Made by a program: the position numbers and the translations under genes. From the sequence record SRR33789315_70: 39,008 nucleotides of DNA. One strand, given 5' to 3'. This document shows positions 10,465 through 20,700 of this stretch, one piece after another (within the stretch, counting starts at the first letter, position 1; every line of letters starts with the position of its first letter). The notes beneath the pieces were generated by a model. That model was not told the origin of the DNA, searched no databases, and saw only the letters and a program-made list of their open reading frames with translations.

Positions 10465-11619
10465 TTATTTAATAGAAACTAAGTGCTTGGGAAGATCTTC
10501 CACACGGTTACAACACAGTTGATCGAGTACTTGTTTGAATTGTATTTTTAAAATTTCAATAGTATGATCACCTCCTTTATCACCCAGTGCAGCAGCACCA
10601 TACATAAAAGAGCGGCCCATAAAAGTGAATTTTGCTCCACAGGCAATGGCGCGAGCAATATCGGGACCGGAGCGCATCCCGCTGTCCATCATTATTTCAA
10701 TAGAGTCACTGTACTTTTCAACAATATCAACTAAAGATCTAATGGTAGACTGTGCGGCATCTAGTTGACGGCCACCGTGATTGGAAACTATAATTCCATC
10801 AAAACCCATGGCAATTGCATCTTGCGTATCCTGTTCTGAAGCGACACCTTTTAGAACTAATTTACCTTTCCATTTATCTCTAATGGGTTTGATTTTTTCG
10901 GCATTTAACCTTCCTGAAAAGGTCTTATCCATAAACTGCCCCAGTTGTTTTAGGTTTAGTCCTTCGGGAGTATAGGGTTTTAGAGATTCAAAAGTGGGTT
11001 GACCATACTTTAAGGTATTGTATGCCCAAGCTGGTTTTCCTAAAATTTGAAGTATGTTTTTTGCTGACATTTTTGGCGGAAGTGCGAGCCCGTTTCTTAT
11101 ATCTCGTGGACGATAGCCAAAGGTGGGAACGTCGCAAAGTAGAACGAGAACAGGGCATTCTGCCGCAGCTGCTCTCTTCAATAAGTCATCGCGAATCTCA
11201 TCTTCAACGGGATTGTACAATTGAAACCAAGCTTTGCCTTCTGTAACCTCACTGGCACGCTCAATGCTCATTGTAGTTACCGTACTTAAAATAAATGGGA
11301 TGTTATGTTTGAAAGCTGCTTTGGCAAGGATTTCTGGGGAATTGGGCCACATCAAACCTTGCAAACCTACGGGAGCTATACCAAATGGGGCATCATATTC
11401 TATTCCCAGCACCTTTGTTTTTATAGAACTATTCCCATAATTTTGAAGGTACCTTGGCTGAAGTTGAACTTCACGAATATCTGATGTATTTCTGGCGATA
11501 CCTATATCTTCATTGCAACCACCATCCAGATAATCAAAGGCGAATGGAGGTACGCGTTTTTTTGCTTTTTCGCGCAAATCTGCTACTGAAGGATATTGAG
11601 TATCAAAAGTTGATGCCAT
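10465..11619 (-). CDS. lldD: FMN-dependent alpha-hydroxy-acid dehydrogenase, probable L-lactate dehydrogenase
   Basis: 384 aa; FDYLDGG, APVG, WFQLY, LKGV, SNHGGRQLD, DSGMRSGPD, MGR; 1 bp from the kinase stop codon. Confidence 0.85.
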   Translation of the reverse strand: MASTFDTQYPSVADLREKAKKRVPPFAFDYLDGGCNEDIGIARNTSDIREVQLQPRYLQNYGNSSIKTKVLGIEYDAPFGIAPVGLQGLMWPNSPEILAKAAFKHNIPFILSTVTTMSIERASEVTEGKAWFQLYNPVEDEIRDDLLKRAAAAECPVLVLLCDVPTFGYRPRDIRNGLALPPKMSAKNILQILGKPAWAYNTLKYGQPTFESLKPYTPEGLNLKQLGQFMDKTFSGRLNAEKIKPIRDKWKGKLVLKGVASEQDTQDAIAMGFDGIIVSNHGGRQLDAAQSTIRSLVDIVEKYSDSIEIMMDSGMRSGPDIARAIACGAKFTFMGRSFMYGAAALGDKGGDHTIEILKIQFKQVLDQLCCNRVEDLPKHLVSIK

Positions 11620-11620
11620 A

Positions 11621-13003
11621 TTAGTATAACTGTAGAGGTATGAGTTTTTTCATTTTATAATTGTCCTTAATAAATTTTGAAGTTATCTGCTTACTGGAAA
11701 TAACCATCACTGCGCCCAATGCCGTACCTAATGGGGATTGAGTGGACAGCACTTTAAATTGATTAAAGTGATGCGCCATTAATTTCATAAAGACATCATT
11801 ATCTGTAAAACCACCGTCTATATAAATCGTATTAATTTGACTATTTCCAATGGCTTTTTCAATGGTGCTAACTTGTAGTTCCATCAATTCAATCATCAAT
11901 TGGTGGTAAGCTTCTTCAAAAGTGGAGAACGACTTTAAGTCTGTTGCGTGTAATTTTTTTCGCTGTAGCGAAATACCTTCAAACTTGAAATAAATGGCTG
12001 AATTTTTAATAAGCTTCAGGTACAAGTCTTTGTCAAAGATTACCGTACGATGGTAACCGTATTCTTTTTGGTAATATTCTCCTAATTTTTCAACTTGAAT
12101 TCTATATTCCCTACCCATAAAAAAACGGGAAGCCTTTACGCGTTTACCATCTATTCGTAGATAATTTAGACAATTGTCGCAAAGATCTTGAGGAGTAAGT
12201 TGTTCTGAATTGAATGGATTTAAAGTGATGCTCCACGTGCCGGTAGAAACCAAAACAAAAGGTTTTTTCTTACTGAAAATATAAGGGAGCAAGGCCGAAG
12301 AACTGTCGTGAATACCTACGCCTATTTTTATTTTTTTGTCTTTAAATTTGGTGTTAATACTCGTCGAAGTAGGAACAATGGGAGCTAAAATTCTGTCAAT
12401 ATGCTCTTTATATACCCATTTGTGATAATCTGCTTTCTCATAATCCCATAAATTGGTGTGACATCCTATACTCGTGTATTCACTTACAGCAATTCCTGTA
12501 AAAAGATAGGAAAGGTATTGGGGAAGATGAAGGCTATATTTAATTTGACTGAATATTTCGGGTTTTGTTTTCTTTAACCAATAGAGTTGCATCCCGCTAT
12601 TCAAAAAACCAGATTGCGGTGAAGCGGTTTCTGTTGCAATTTTGCAAGAACCACCATAGGTTTCATAAAATTCTTTACTTAGAGCTTCTTCAATCGATTT
12701 CGTATAATTATAAAGAGGAGTTAAGGGTTTTCCTCGATGATCAATATGTACAAAACTTGCTCCATAGGTAGAAAAATTGACGGCTTTCACTTCATATTTT
12801 TCGTCCTCAAATACTTTTTTGAACGTCTCCTTGATCCAATTTTCTAACATGGATAAATCTTCACAAGGAAAACCTTCTTCATCTTTGGTTTCAGGTAAAC
12901 GAACATATTCTCTGTACACTTCTTGATAGTTCTTATCAAAAAGGAAGAATTTCTTATTGGTTTTACCAATATCAAATATGGCTGTTACTTTAGTATTAGA
13001 CAT
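11621..13003 (-). CDS. rhaB: FGGY-family carbohydrate kinase, probable L-rhamnulokinase
   Basis: 460 aa; FDIGKTNKK phosphate loop, STYGAS, GIHDSS, VSTGTWS, IDGG; directly follows the rhamnose isomerase. Confidence 0.82.
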   Translation of the reverse strand: MSNTKVTAIFDIGKTNKKFFLFDKNYQEVYREYVRLPETKDEEGFPCEDLSMLENWIKETFKKVFEDEKYEVKAVNFSTYGASFVHIDHRGKPLTPLYNYTKSIEEALSKEFYETYGGSCKIATETASPQSGFLNSGMQLYWLKKTKPEIFSQIKYSLHLPQYLSYLFTGIAVSEYTSIGCHTNLWDYEKADYHKWVYKEHIDRILAPIVPTSTSINTKFKDKKIKIGVGIHDSSSALLPYIFSKKKPFVLVSTGTWSITLNPFNSEQLTPQDLCDNCLNYLRIDGKRVKASRFFMGREYRIQVEKLGEYYQKEYGYHRTVIFDKDLYLKLIKNSAIYFKFEGISLQRKKLHATDLKSFSTFEEAYHQLMIELMELQVSTIEKAIGNSQINTIYIDGGFTDNDVFMKLMAHHFNQFKVLSTQSPLGTALGAVMVISSKQITSKFIKDNYKMKKLIPLQLY

Positions 13004-13007
13004 TGGT

Positions 13008-14282
13008 TTAGAGTCCTGTTGCTATGGTTTTGGTTCCGCGTTCTTGTATTAAATTCTTTCGCACGCCTAATTTTCTATACGTCGACAATGGATTAATTGC
13101 TCCACCTAAGTCTTCCCGCATTTTTTTAAGCAAGGGTCTAACATCGGTTCGGTAAGCATCTTGCAAAATTTCCTGACATTGGGCTACATCGTTTTCATTT
13201 TGAGCCATTAAAAGAGCTTTTCTATCAATGATCAATGCCTGTGCATACGCAATCATAATAGCTTCTAAGGATTGGAGTAAATCCTCCAGCGGATCTTTAG
13301 TATTGTGACTTGCATCTATCATCCAAGCCAAATCTGGATTTTGCGGATTGTTTTCCATACCATAAACCAGTTCATTGAAAATCAAGAATAGGGCATAGGG
13401 TTTTATGGAACCTACCGTAAGATCGTCATCACCGTATTTGCTGTCGTTAAAATGGAAACCACCTAATTTCCCTTTAAGCATAAGGGTTGCCACAATCTGT
13501 TCTATATTAGTATTGGGTAAATGATGACCCAGATCTACCAAGGTGAAAGCTCTATCTCCACAAGCTTGTGCCAGCATAAATGAAGTGCCCCAATCTTGAA
13601 TCACAGTGCTATAAAAATTGGGTTCGTAGGGTTTATATTCAATAAAGAGTTTCCAGTCTTCTGGCAAAGCAGAATAAATGGATTTTAAGCTTGCTTCGGT
13701 GTTTTTTAGCACCGATTGAAAATTAGATTGCCCTGGAAAATTAGCCCCATCTGCCAACCAAACCGTAAGACTTTTTGAGCCTAATTCTTTTCCGATTTTA
13801 ATTACCTCTAAATTATGCTGAATGGCTTGTTCTCGAGCAGATTCGTTTATACTGCTCAGTGAACCGTATTTATAGGTCTCTGTGGCATTAGTCTGATCCT
13901 GAAAAGTATTTGAATTCATAGCATCAAATGCAATTTGATGCTTTGCTGCAATTTCTTTTATGGCATGAACATCTGAGGGGATATCCCACGGAATATGTAA
14001 TGAAACAGCACCCGCACATTTTGTCAGGGCATTTAATATCCCAATATCATCCAGTTTTTGTTCTAAAGAAGCTGGCTCGCCACCGTATGAAAATCTTCCG
14101 AAGCGGGTGCCTCCAGCCCCTAATGCCCAACTGGGTATGGCGACTTGAAACTGCGAGAGTTTCTCCAAAACATGATCGAAGTCAATATTTTGATTATGAA
14201 GTTTCTTTTGTAGCAGTTCAAGTTCACTCACATAACATGAATCTGAATTTAAATCTGCTATTTGGTTAGGGGTTATTATCAT
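13008..14282 (-). CDS. rhaI: L-rhamnose isomerase, RhaI type (xylose-isomerase-like TIM barrel)
   Basis: 424 aa; PSWALGAGGTRF, LHIPWD, NSNTF, WLADG, EYKPYEP, VDLGHH, HFNDSKYGDDDL. Confidence 0.88.
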   Translation of the reverse strand: MIITPNQIADLNSDSCYVSELELLQKKLHNQNIDFDHVLEKLSQFQVAIPSWALGAGGTRFGRFSYGGEPASLEQKLDDIGILNALTKCAGAVSLHIPWDIPSDVHAIKEIAAKHQIAFDAMNSNTFQDQTNATETYKYGSLSSINESAREQAIQHNLEVIKIGKELGSKSLTVWLADGANFPGQSNFQSVLKNTEASLKSIYSALPEDWKLFIEYKPYEPNFYSTVIQDWGTSFMLAQACGDRAFTLVDLGHHLPNTNIEQIVATLMLKGKLGGFHFNDSKYGDDDLTVGSIKPYALFLIFNELVYGMENNPQNPDLAWMIDASHNTKDPLEDLLQSLEAIMIAYAQALIIDRKALLMAQNENDVAQCQEILQDAYRTDVRPLLKKMREDLGGAINPLSTYRKLGVRKNLIQERGTKTIATGL

Positions 14283-14293
14283 TTAAAATGGAG

Positions 14294-16393
14294 TTATCTT
14301 ACAAATGCATTAGCCATACCACCGTCTACATTTATAGTGTTTCCTGTACTTTTATCTAAAATTCCTACACAAACAAAAACGCCATTGGCGATATCTTGCG
14401 GAAGAATTATCTCGTTCAATAAATTTCTTTTAGCATAATGTTTGGGGAGCTCATCTACAGAAATCCCGTAAGCTTTTGCTCTTCCTTCAGCCCATTCTCC
14501 TTCCCATATTTTACTCCCTACTATGACACCATCTGGATTTACGGTGTTTACGCGTATTTTGTCTTTACCCAATTCTGCAGCCAAAAGACGCGTCATATGA
14601 AGTTGTCCTGCTTTTGCCGTTCCATAACCCACATTATTGGGGCCAGCAACGAGACCATTTTTACTAGCAATAGAAACCAGATCGCCTCCTAAATTTTGTT
14701 TTCTAAAAATATCAACTGCTTTTTGCGCCAATTCAAACTGGCCTTTAACCAAAACATCTTGTAACAGATACCAGTCTTTCTCGGTAGTATCTTCTAGAGA
14801 TTTTGAGATGGCAAGACCTGCACTATGTACAACAATATCTACTCCTCCAAATTCTAAACAGGCTTTTTTGAATGCTTTTTGAATAGATTCTGGTTTAGTG
14901 ACATCACACATCACATACGTAGCAATATCATTTTTAAAAGATTTTTCAACCTCGATCAATCGATCTTCAGCAATATCTGTAAGAACAATATTAGCTCCCT
15001 CTTCTGCAAGTTTTTCTGCAATAGCTTTTCCTATTCCGCCACCGGCGCCAGTAATTAAAGCTATCTTTCTAGAGAGGGTTTTCTCTTTGGGCATACGTTG
15101 TAATTTGGCTTCTTCCAGTAACCAATATTCAATATCAAACGCTTCCTGTCTAGGTAATGATGTGTAGGATGAAATGGCTTCTGCACCGCGCATTACATTG
15201 ATGGCGTTGACATAAAATTCGCTTGCTACCCGTGCTGTTTGCTTGTTCTTTGCAAAACTGAACATTCCTACTCCTGGATAGATTATAATCACGGGATTAG
15301 GATCTCGCATAGCAGGACTATTTGAGTGCTTACAATTTTCGTAATATGACTTATATTCTTCCCTATAAGCGACAAAGGCAGGCTCAAGTTCTTTTAAAAC
15401 AATAGCAGCATCTGTTTCTTCAAAGTCAGCACCCAGTTCGAGAACAAGAGGCTGTATTTTTGTACGTAAAAAGTGATCGGGACAGGAAGTGCCCATGGGA
15501 GCTAGGCGGTCAAGATCATTACTGTTTATATATTCTAGAACAGTTACACTATCTGTAAAATGACCAATCATTCTATTTTCAGAAGAGGTAAGTCCTCTTA
15601 GGATTGGCATTAATCCGGTAGCTTTTTCTTTTCTTTTTTCTGAGGTTAGACTTTCAACTTTTTGACCTCCGAAAACGTTACCTTTTTCAGTTAATTTTTT
15701 TTGAATATAATCTGAAGCTTGTTCAATTACTTCCAGACTGTTCATATAGCATTCATAAGAAGTATCGCCCCACGTAAATAGGCCATGGCTTCCTAAGATT
15801 ATCCCGCGAATACCAGGGTTTTCAGTAAGGCATTTTTCAAGTTGAAGTCCCAGATCAAATCCAGGACGCTGCCAAGGCACCCAACCCATACTACCTCCCC
15901 AAATTTCTTTAGTGATTGCTTCACCATCTTTAGCAGCAGCAATAGCAATCAATGCATCGGGATGTAAATGATCTATATGTTTAAACGGGAGTAACCCGTG
16001 AAGCGGAGTATCTATTGATGGAGCTTTACTGTTTAGATCATAAATACAATGATTGAACAAACCCACCATACGGTCTTCATCAGCCAACCCTTGATAGATA
16101 TTTTTTAAATTTCTTAGACGCTTTGTGTAGAGTCCAGCGATACCTTCTCTTGTTAAGGTACCTATATCACCTCCAGATCCCTTTACCCACATAACCTCTA
16201 CATCTTCATTGGTCAAAGGATCTTTTTCTATTGTTTTACAACTGGTATTGCCACCACCATAATTGGTGATTCTAAGGTCAGCCCCTAAGATATTAGAACG
16301 ATATAAAAATAAAGAAACCTGATCGTCTCCCAATTTTTCTTCTATATCTTTATCCCAAAGGTAATTTACATATTCAAAGTTTTTAACTTCCAT
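14294..16393 (-). CDS. rhaD: Bifunctional rhamnulose-1-phosphate aldolase / short-chain (lactaldehyde) dehydrogenase, RhaEW type
   Basis: 699 aa; class II aldolase N-domain (NYGGGNTS, KGSGGD, PSIDTPLH, HLHPD, CPDHFLRTK, EYWLLEEAKL) fused to an SDR domain (TGAGGGIG, YGTAK, VNPD, VDGG). Confidence 0.93.
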   Translation of the reverse strand: MEVKNFEYVNYLWDKDIEEKLGDDQVSLFLYRSNILGADLRITNYGGGNTSCKTIEKDPLTNEDVEVMWVKGSGGDIGTLTREGIAGLYTKRLRNLKNIYQGLADEDRMVGLFNHCIYDLNSKAPSIDTPLHGLLPFKHIDHLHPDALIAIAAAKDGEAITKEIWGGSMGWVPWQRPGFDLGLQLEKCLTENPGIRGIILGSHGLFTWGDTSYECYMNSLEVIEQASDYIQKKLTEKGNVFGGQKVESLTSEKRKEKATGLMPILRGLTSSENRMIGHFTDSVTVLEYINSNDLDRLAPMGTSCPDHFLRTKIQPLVLELGADFEETDAAIVLKELEPAFVAYREEYKSYYENCKHSNSPAMRDPNPVIIIYPGVGMFSFAKNKQTARVASEFYVNAINVMRGAEAISSYTSLPRQEAFDIEYWLLEEAKLQRMPKEKTLSRKIALITGAGGGIGKAIAEKLAEEGANIVLTDIAEDRLIEVEKSFKNDIATYVMCDVTKPESIQKAFKKACLEFGGVDIVVHSAGLAISKSLEDTTEKDWYLLQDVLVKGQFELAQKAVDIFRKQNLGGDLVSIASKNGLVAGPNNVGYGTAKAGQLHMTRLLAAELGKDKIRVNTVNPDGVIVGSKIWEGEWAEGRAKAYGISVDELPKHYAKRNLLNEIILPQDIANGVFVCVGILDKSTGNTINVDGGMANAFVR

Positions 16394-16422
16394 TTTACTG
16401 TATTGTAAAGGATTTGAAAAAT

Positions 16423-16430
16423 CAAAAATA
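16423..16430 (-). promoter_or_regulatory. Bacteroidota -7 promoter element (TATTTTTG) for the rha operon
   Basis: CAAAAATA on + reads TATTTTTG on -, matching TAnnTTTG, 30 bp upstream of the aldolase/SDR ATG. No clean -33 TTTG seen. Confidence 0.55.
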
Positions 16431-16440
16431 TTTATACTTA

Positions 16441-16466
16441 TTGTTAGAAGCGTTCTGAACTGTTAG
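16441..16466 (-). promoter_or_regulatory. Putative operator of the adjacent GntR regulator (site 1)
   Basis: Minus strand reads CTAACAGTTCAGAACGCTTCTAACAA; contains the GTTC-N-GAAC dyad and matches the site at 17582-17594 at 12 of 13 positions. Confidence 0.55.
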
Positions 16467-16493
16467 GGTAAAGGATAAAAATTAATGAATTAG

Positions 16494-17516
16494 ATGATAG
16501 AATTTATAAAAATAAATGAATACTCCAAAGTTCCGAAGTATAAACAGATAATTAATTCAATCTTTTCAGCTATTGAAAATAACGATGTTAGACTCAATGA
16601 TAAGCTTCCCTCTGTAAATGAACTTTTAATAGAATTTGATATCTCCCGAGATACAATTGTGCGTGCATATGACTACCTGAAAAAGATAAATATTATAGAA
16701 TCTGTTCCGGGTAAAGGTTATTATATAAAAAATGATAAGCTTGAATTAAAAGCTCAGGTATTTCTCCTTTTTAATAAATTAAGTCCTCACAAAAAGATAA
16801 TTTATGATGCTTTTTCAACTACTCTCGGAGATAGTGGAACCATAGACTTCTTCATATATAACAATAATTATAGGCATTTTAAAGAGCTTATATTATCTAG
16901 TAAAGCAAGACAGTATACACATTATGTAATTATCACTCATTTTGAAGAAGGAGGAGAGGATGTTGTAGAATTTATCCAAAATGAAATACCTAAAGACAAA
17001 TTGGTGATTTTAGATAAAAAGATTGATAATCTAGGATCAGATGTGGCTTGTGTATATCAGGATTTTAAAAATGATATTTATTCTGCATTGGGTAATCTCA
17101 ATCCGTTGTTGAAAAAATATAAAGAGCTAAAATTAATTTTTAGAAAGAAAAGCTATCAGCCTTTAGAAATAAAAAAAGGTTTTAAACAGTTTTGTGGAGA
17201 GTATGCCTATGATTTTGAAATTGTTGAAAATCCAGAGGATATGGTCATTACTAATCATACAGTTTATATTAATTTGAAAGAGGATGACTTAGTTACTTTA
17301 ATTAAAAAAATAAAACGTACCGAATTTGTCTTAGGCAAAGATGTAGGTATCATTTCTTATAATGATAACCCACTTAAAGAAATTCTTTTAAATGGGATTA
17401 CCGTTATATCTACAGATTTCAACAAGCTAGGGGAGCAAGCAGCTCATTTAGTACTTAACAATCAAAAACTTCAATTTGACAACCCTTTCTATGTTATACC
17501 TAGAAAATCTCTCTAA
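16494..17516 (+). CDS. GntR-family regulator with C-terminal sugar-binding (periplasmic-binding-protein-like) domain, Bacteroides FucR-like
   Basis: 340 aa; PKYKQI...KLPSVNEL...ISRDTIVRAY...PGKGYY winged HTH; C-terminal DVGIISYND...ITVISTDF..LG resembles LacI-type effector domains. Divergent from the rha operon. Confidence 0.9.
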   Translation: MIEFIKINEYSKVPKYKQIINSIFSAIENNDVRLNDKLPSVNELLIEFDISRDTIVRAYDYLKKINIIESVPGKGYYIKNDKLELKAQVFLLFNKLSPHKKIIYDAFSTTLGDSGTIDFFIYNNNYRHFKELILSSKARQYTHYVIITHFEEGGEDVVEFIQNEIPKDKLVILDKKIDNLGSDVACVYQDFKNDIYSALGNLNPLLKKYKELKLIFRKKSYQPLEIKKGFKQFCGEYAYDFEIVENPEDMVITNHTVYINLKEDDLVTLIKKIKRTEFVLGKDVGIISYNDNPLKEILLNGITVISTDFNKLGEQAAHLVLNNQKLQFDNPFYVIPRKSL

Positions 17517-17581
17517 ACAGTCATAATACATACATTTTTGTTAAAAAAACATAGAATTCCTTTACTTTTTTAGCAATTTCA

Positions 17582-17610
17582 TAACAGTTCGGAATAGTAT
17601 TAAACGCAGT
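17582..17610 (+). promoter_or_regulatory. Putative operator of the GntR regulator (site 2), upstream of susC
   Basis: TAACAGTTCGGAATAGTATTAAACGCAGT; 12/13 match to the minus-strand site at 16453-16465; AAC/AAT half-sites recur every 10 bp. Confidence 0.5.
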
Positions 17611-17737
17611 GATGGTTAACATTGTGTGATGATATTTATAAGCTAACTTTTTTTCACCTATTATATTCTATCTACTATATCGATTGAGAAGGCACTCTTT
17701 TTATATTGGTTTTAGAGTAAAGTCAAATAAAAGACAT

Positions 17738-20700
17738 ATGATGAGCACAAAAAAAATTTTACAAGTATTCCCTTTTTTATGGGCAATTCTATTGAGCATT
17801 ACCTCTTATGGTCAAGAAAATCTTACCGTAACAGGAACGGTGAGAGAAGAAGCAACCGGCTCACCTATTCCGGGAGTTACCATTTTGGTAAAGAGTACAA
17901 CAGTAGGTACGACTACGGATTTTGATGGTAATTTTAGCATAGAAGTGAATCCAGAGGCCACATTAGTGGTTTCCTATTTGGGTTTTGCTACGCAGGTGAT
18001 ATCAATTAATGGCAGGACAGTTATCAATATTGCACTTACTACTGATTCACAAGAATTATCAGAGGTAGTAGTTGTTGGTTATGGTACAGTCCGAAAAAGC
18101 GATCTTACCGGGGCGGTTTCTTCCATTACCTCTGAGCAAATTCAGGAGCGCTCAAATGTGAATGTTATGTCATCTCTATCTGGACAAGTAGCCGGGGTAC
18201 AGATACAACAAACACAAGGCGCACCTGGTTATGCACCTGTTATAAAAATAAGGGGAACATCTACCATCACCGCGGGTATTAATCCTTTATATGTAATAGA
18301 TGGTTTTCCTATAGAAGGATTTGATATGGGAAATATCAATCCTCAAAATATTGAATCTATAGAGATTCTAAAAGATGCATCTTCTGCTGCTATTTATGGA
18401 TCACGTGGTGGTAATGGAGTAGTACTCATCACCACCAAAAAAGGAGCAGTGGGTAAAACTCAGGTCAGTGTAAGCTATGAGCACGGCGTGCAACAGGTGG
18501 TTCGAACTGTAGATATGATGAATTCACAAGAATTTATCCAGTATTATGTTGACGCACATAACAATTCTTGGATACGAGAAGGAGGAAGTGCCAGTGATCC
18601 CAATAGTATAAGACCTTCAAATTATCAAATTCCGCCCGAATTTTTGACAGCTCCCGATAGTTTTGAAACAACAGATTGGCAAGACGTGCTTTTTAGCGAT
18701 GCACCAAGTGACAATATAAATTTGTCAGTAAGTGGAGGTAATGAGAATACAAGATTCTTTATTTCTGGCGGATACATTTCGCAGGAAGGGATTGTTGACA
18801 ATGCAGAATATAACCGTCTTTCATTACGCTCTAATATCTCTCATAATATTGTAGATAATTTAAAGGTTGGGATGAATTTATCCTTGGCTAATATAAAAAG
18901 TAAGGAGTATGGTACCACCGGTAAAGCGGGCTCGGTAAGCTTATCTTTACAAAATGATCCTATTTTTCCCGTGTATAATGAAAACGGAAACTTAGGTTTT
19001 AAAGATCCCAATTCGGTATGGAGTAGGTTCATTCCTTATAACCTTCAGCTTTGGCATCCATATGCGCTCACCCGAGAGATTGATAATCTAAACAAAGAAT
19101 TAAATGTTATAGCAAATACTTTCGCAGAATATAATTTTCTTCAGGATTTCACTTTTAGAACAAGTTATAACTTCACAGTTAATAACAGTCGTTATAGTGA
19201 CTATCGCAATGAAGGCCAGTTATGGGGATATTCAAACTATCAACCTGCTTTAGCCAATAACAATACCTATTACAATTACAACTGGCTTTTTGAGAACACC
19301 TTGAACTACAATAAGATACTGGGTGAGCATACTTTCAATGTACTTCTGGGTTATTCTACACAAGAGAACCATTATGAAGAAAGCCTTATTACTTCAGATA
19401 ATTTCCCTAATGATCTTGTGCACACACTTAATGCTGGAAAACCTGCATCTGCATCGTCTTCTGAGTCAGACTGGAGTATGATTTCCTATTTGGCAAGGCT
19501 TAATTATTCCTTTCAAGATGAATATTTATTAACGGCAACCATACGTCGAGATGGTAGTTCACGGTTTGGTCTTAATAATCAATGGGGATATTTCCCTTCA
19601 GGATCAGTAGCATGGAAACTGTCAGAAAGAGATTTTATTAAAGAATTAGATTGGCTTTCTACATTGAAATTAAGAGCAAGTTATGGTATTACAGGAAACA
19701 ATTTAATACCCAATTATGGTGCTATAGGGCTTTTGGGCCAAACCCAATATGCTTGGGGTAATAATGTGGAGCAAGGAATTTATAAATCTACCATATCAAA
19801 TGCTGATCTTAAATGGGAAAAAACAGGACAATTTGATATAGGTCTAAATGCTTCTCTTTTTGGTAACAGGATTTATGTAGAGGCAGATTATTACAGTTCT
19901 ACAACTCGAGATTTGCTATTGAACCAACCCGTACCTCTTATTACCGGTTTTGCAGAGCAGTTAACCAATATTGGTAAAGTGAGAAACAGAGGTTTTGAGT
20001 TTTTGGTAACCAGTAAGAATTTTGTGGGAGAATTTGGATGGCAAACAAATTTCAACATATCTATCAATCGTAATGAAGTATTGGAATTGGGACAGAACAA
20101 TGCGCCTATTTTTGTTAATGAATGGGGTACTACCAAAACCGAAATTGGCGAACCTATTGCCAATTACTTTGGCTACATCTTTGACGGCGTTTTCATGAAT
20201 CAAAGTGAGGTAGACAACTATCCACATGTTTCTTCGACAACGCCTGGAGATCCAAGAGTTAAAGATGTAAATGGAGATGGTACCATTGATGAAAACGACC
20301 GGACTATTATAGGAAACGCACAACCTGATTTTACTTTTGGTTTTACCAATACCTTTACCTTCAAAAATTTTGATCTCAGCGCAACCCTTCAAGGATCTGT
20401 AGGTAACGAAATTCTTAACAGCCAAGCCAGATATAATAAATATTATAATGGAAACAGGAATGGTTATAAGCAAATTGTAGACTACTGGAAGTCTGAATCT
20501 AATCCTGGTGACGGTGAGCATTTTAAACCTTATGTAAGTTATCCTGGTCTCCAAACTCAGTTTTCCGATTATTGGGTTGAAGATGGCTCCTATCTGCGTA
20601 TTGCCAATCTTAGGTTGGGATATTCCTTCTCTGAAGATAATCTAACCAGAATGCCTTTTAAAGATGCTCGTATTTATATAAATGTTGACAACCTTTATGT

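Noticed and set aside
17684-17737. Extended TTG start of susC, and likewise the 26730 and 28111 starts
   Set aside because: Downstream ATGs (17738/17741, 26769/26787, 28138) give normal signal peptides, and for GH28 and GH43 they avoid long overlaps.
19961-20554. 197-aa antisense ORF inside susC
   Set aside because: Lies wholly opposite a well-conserved gene and has no recognisable motif; typical shadow ORF.
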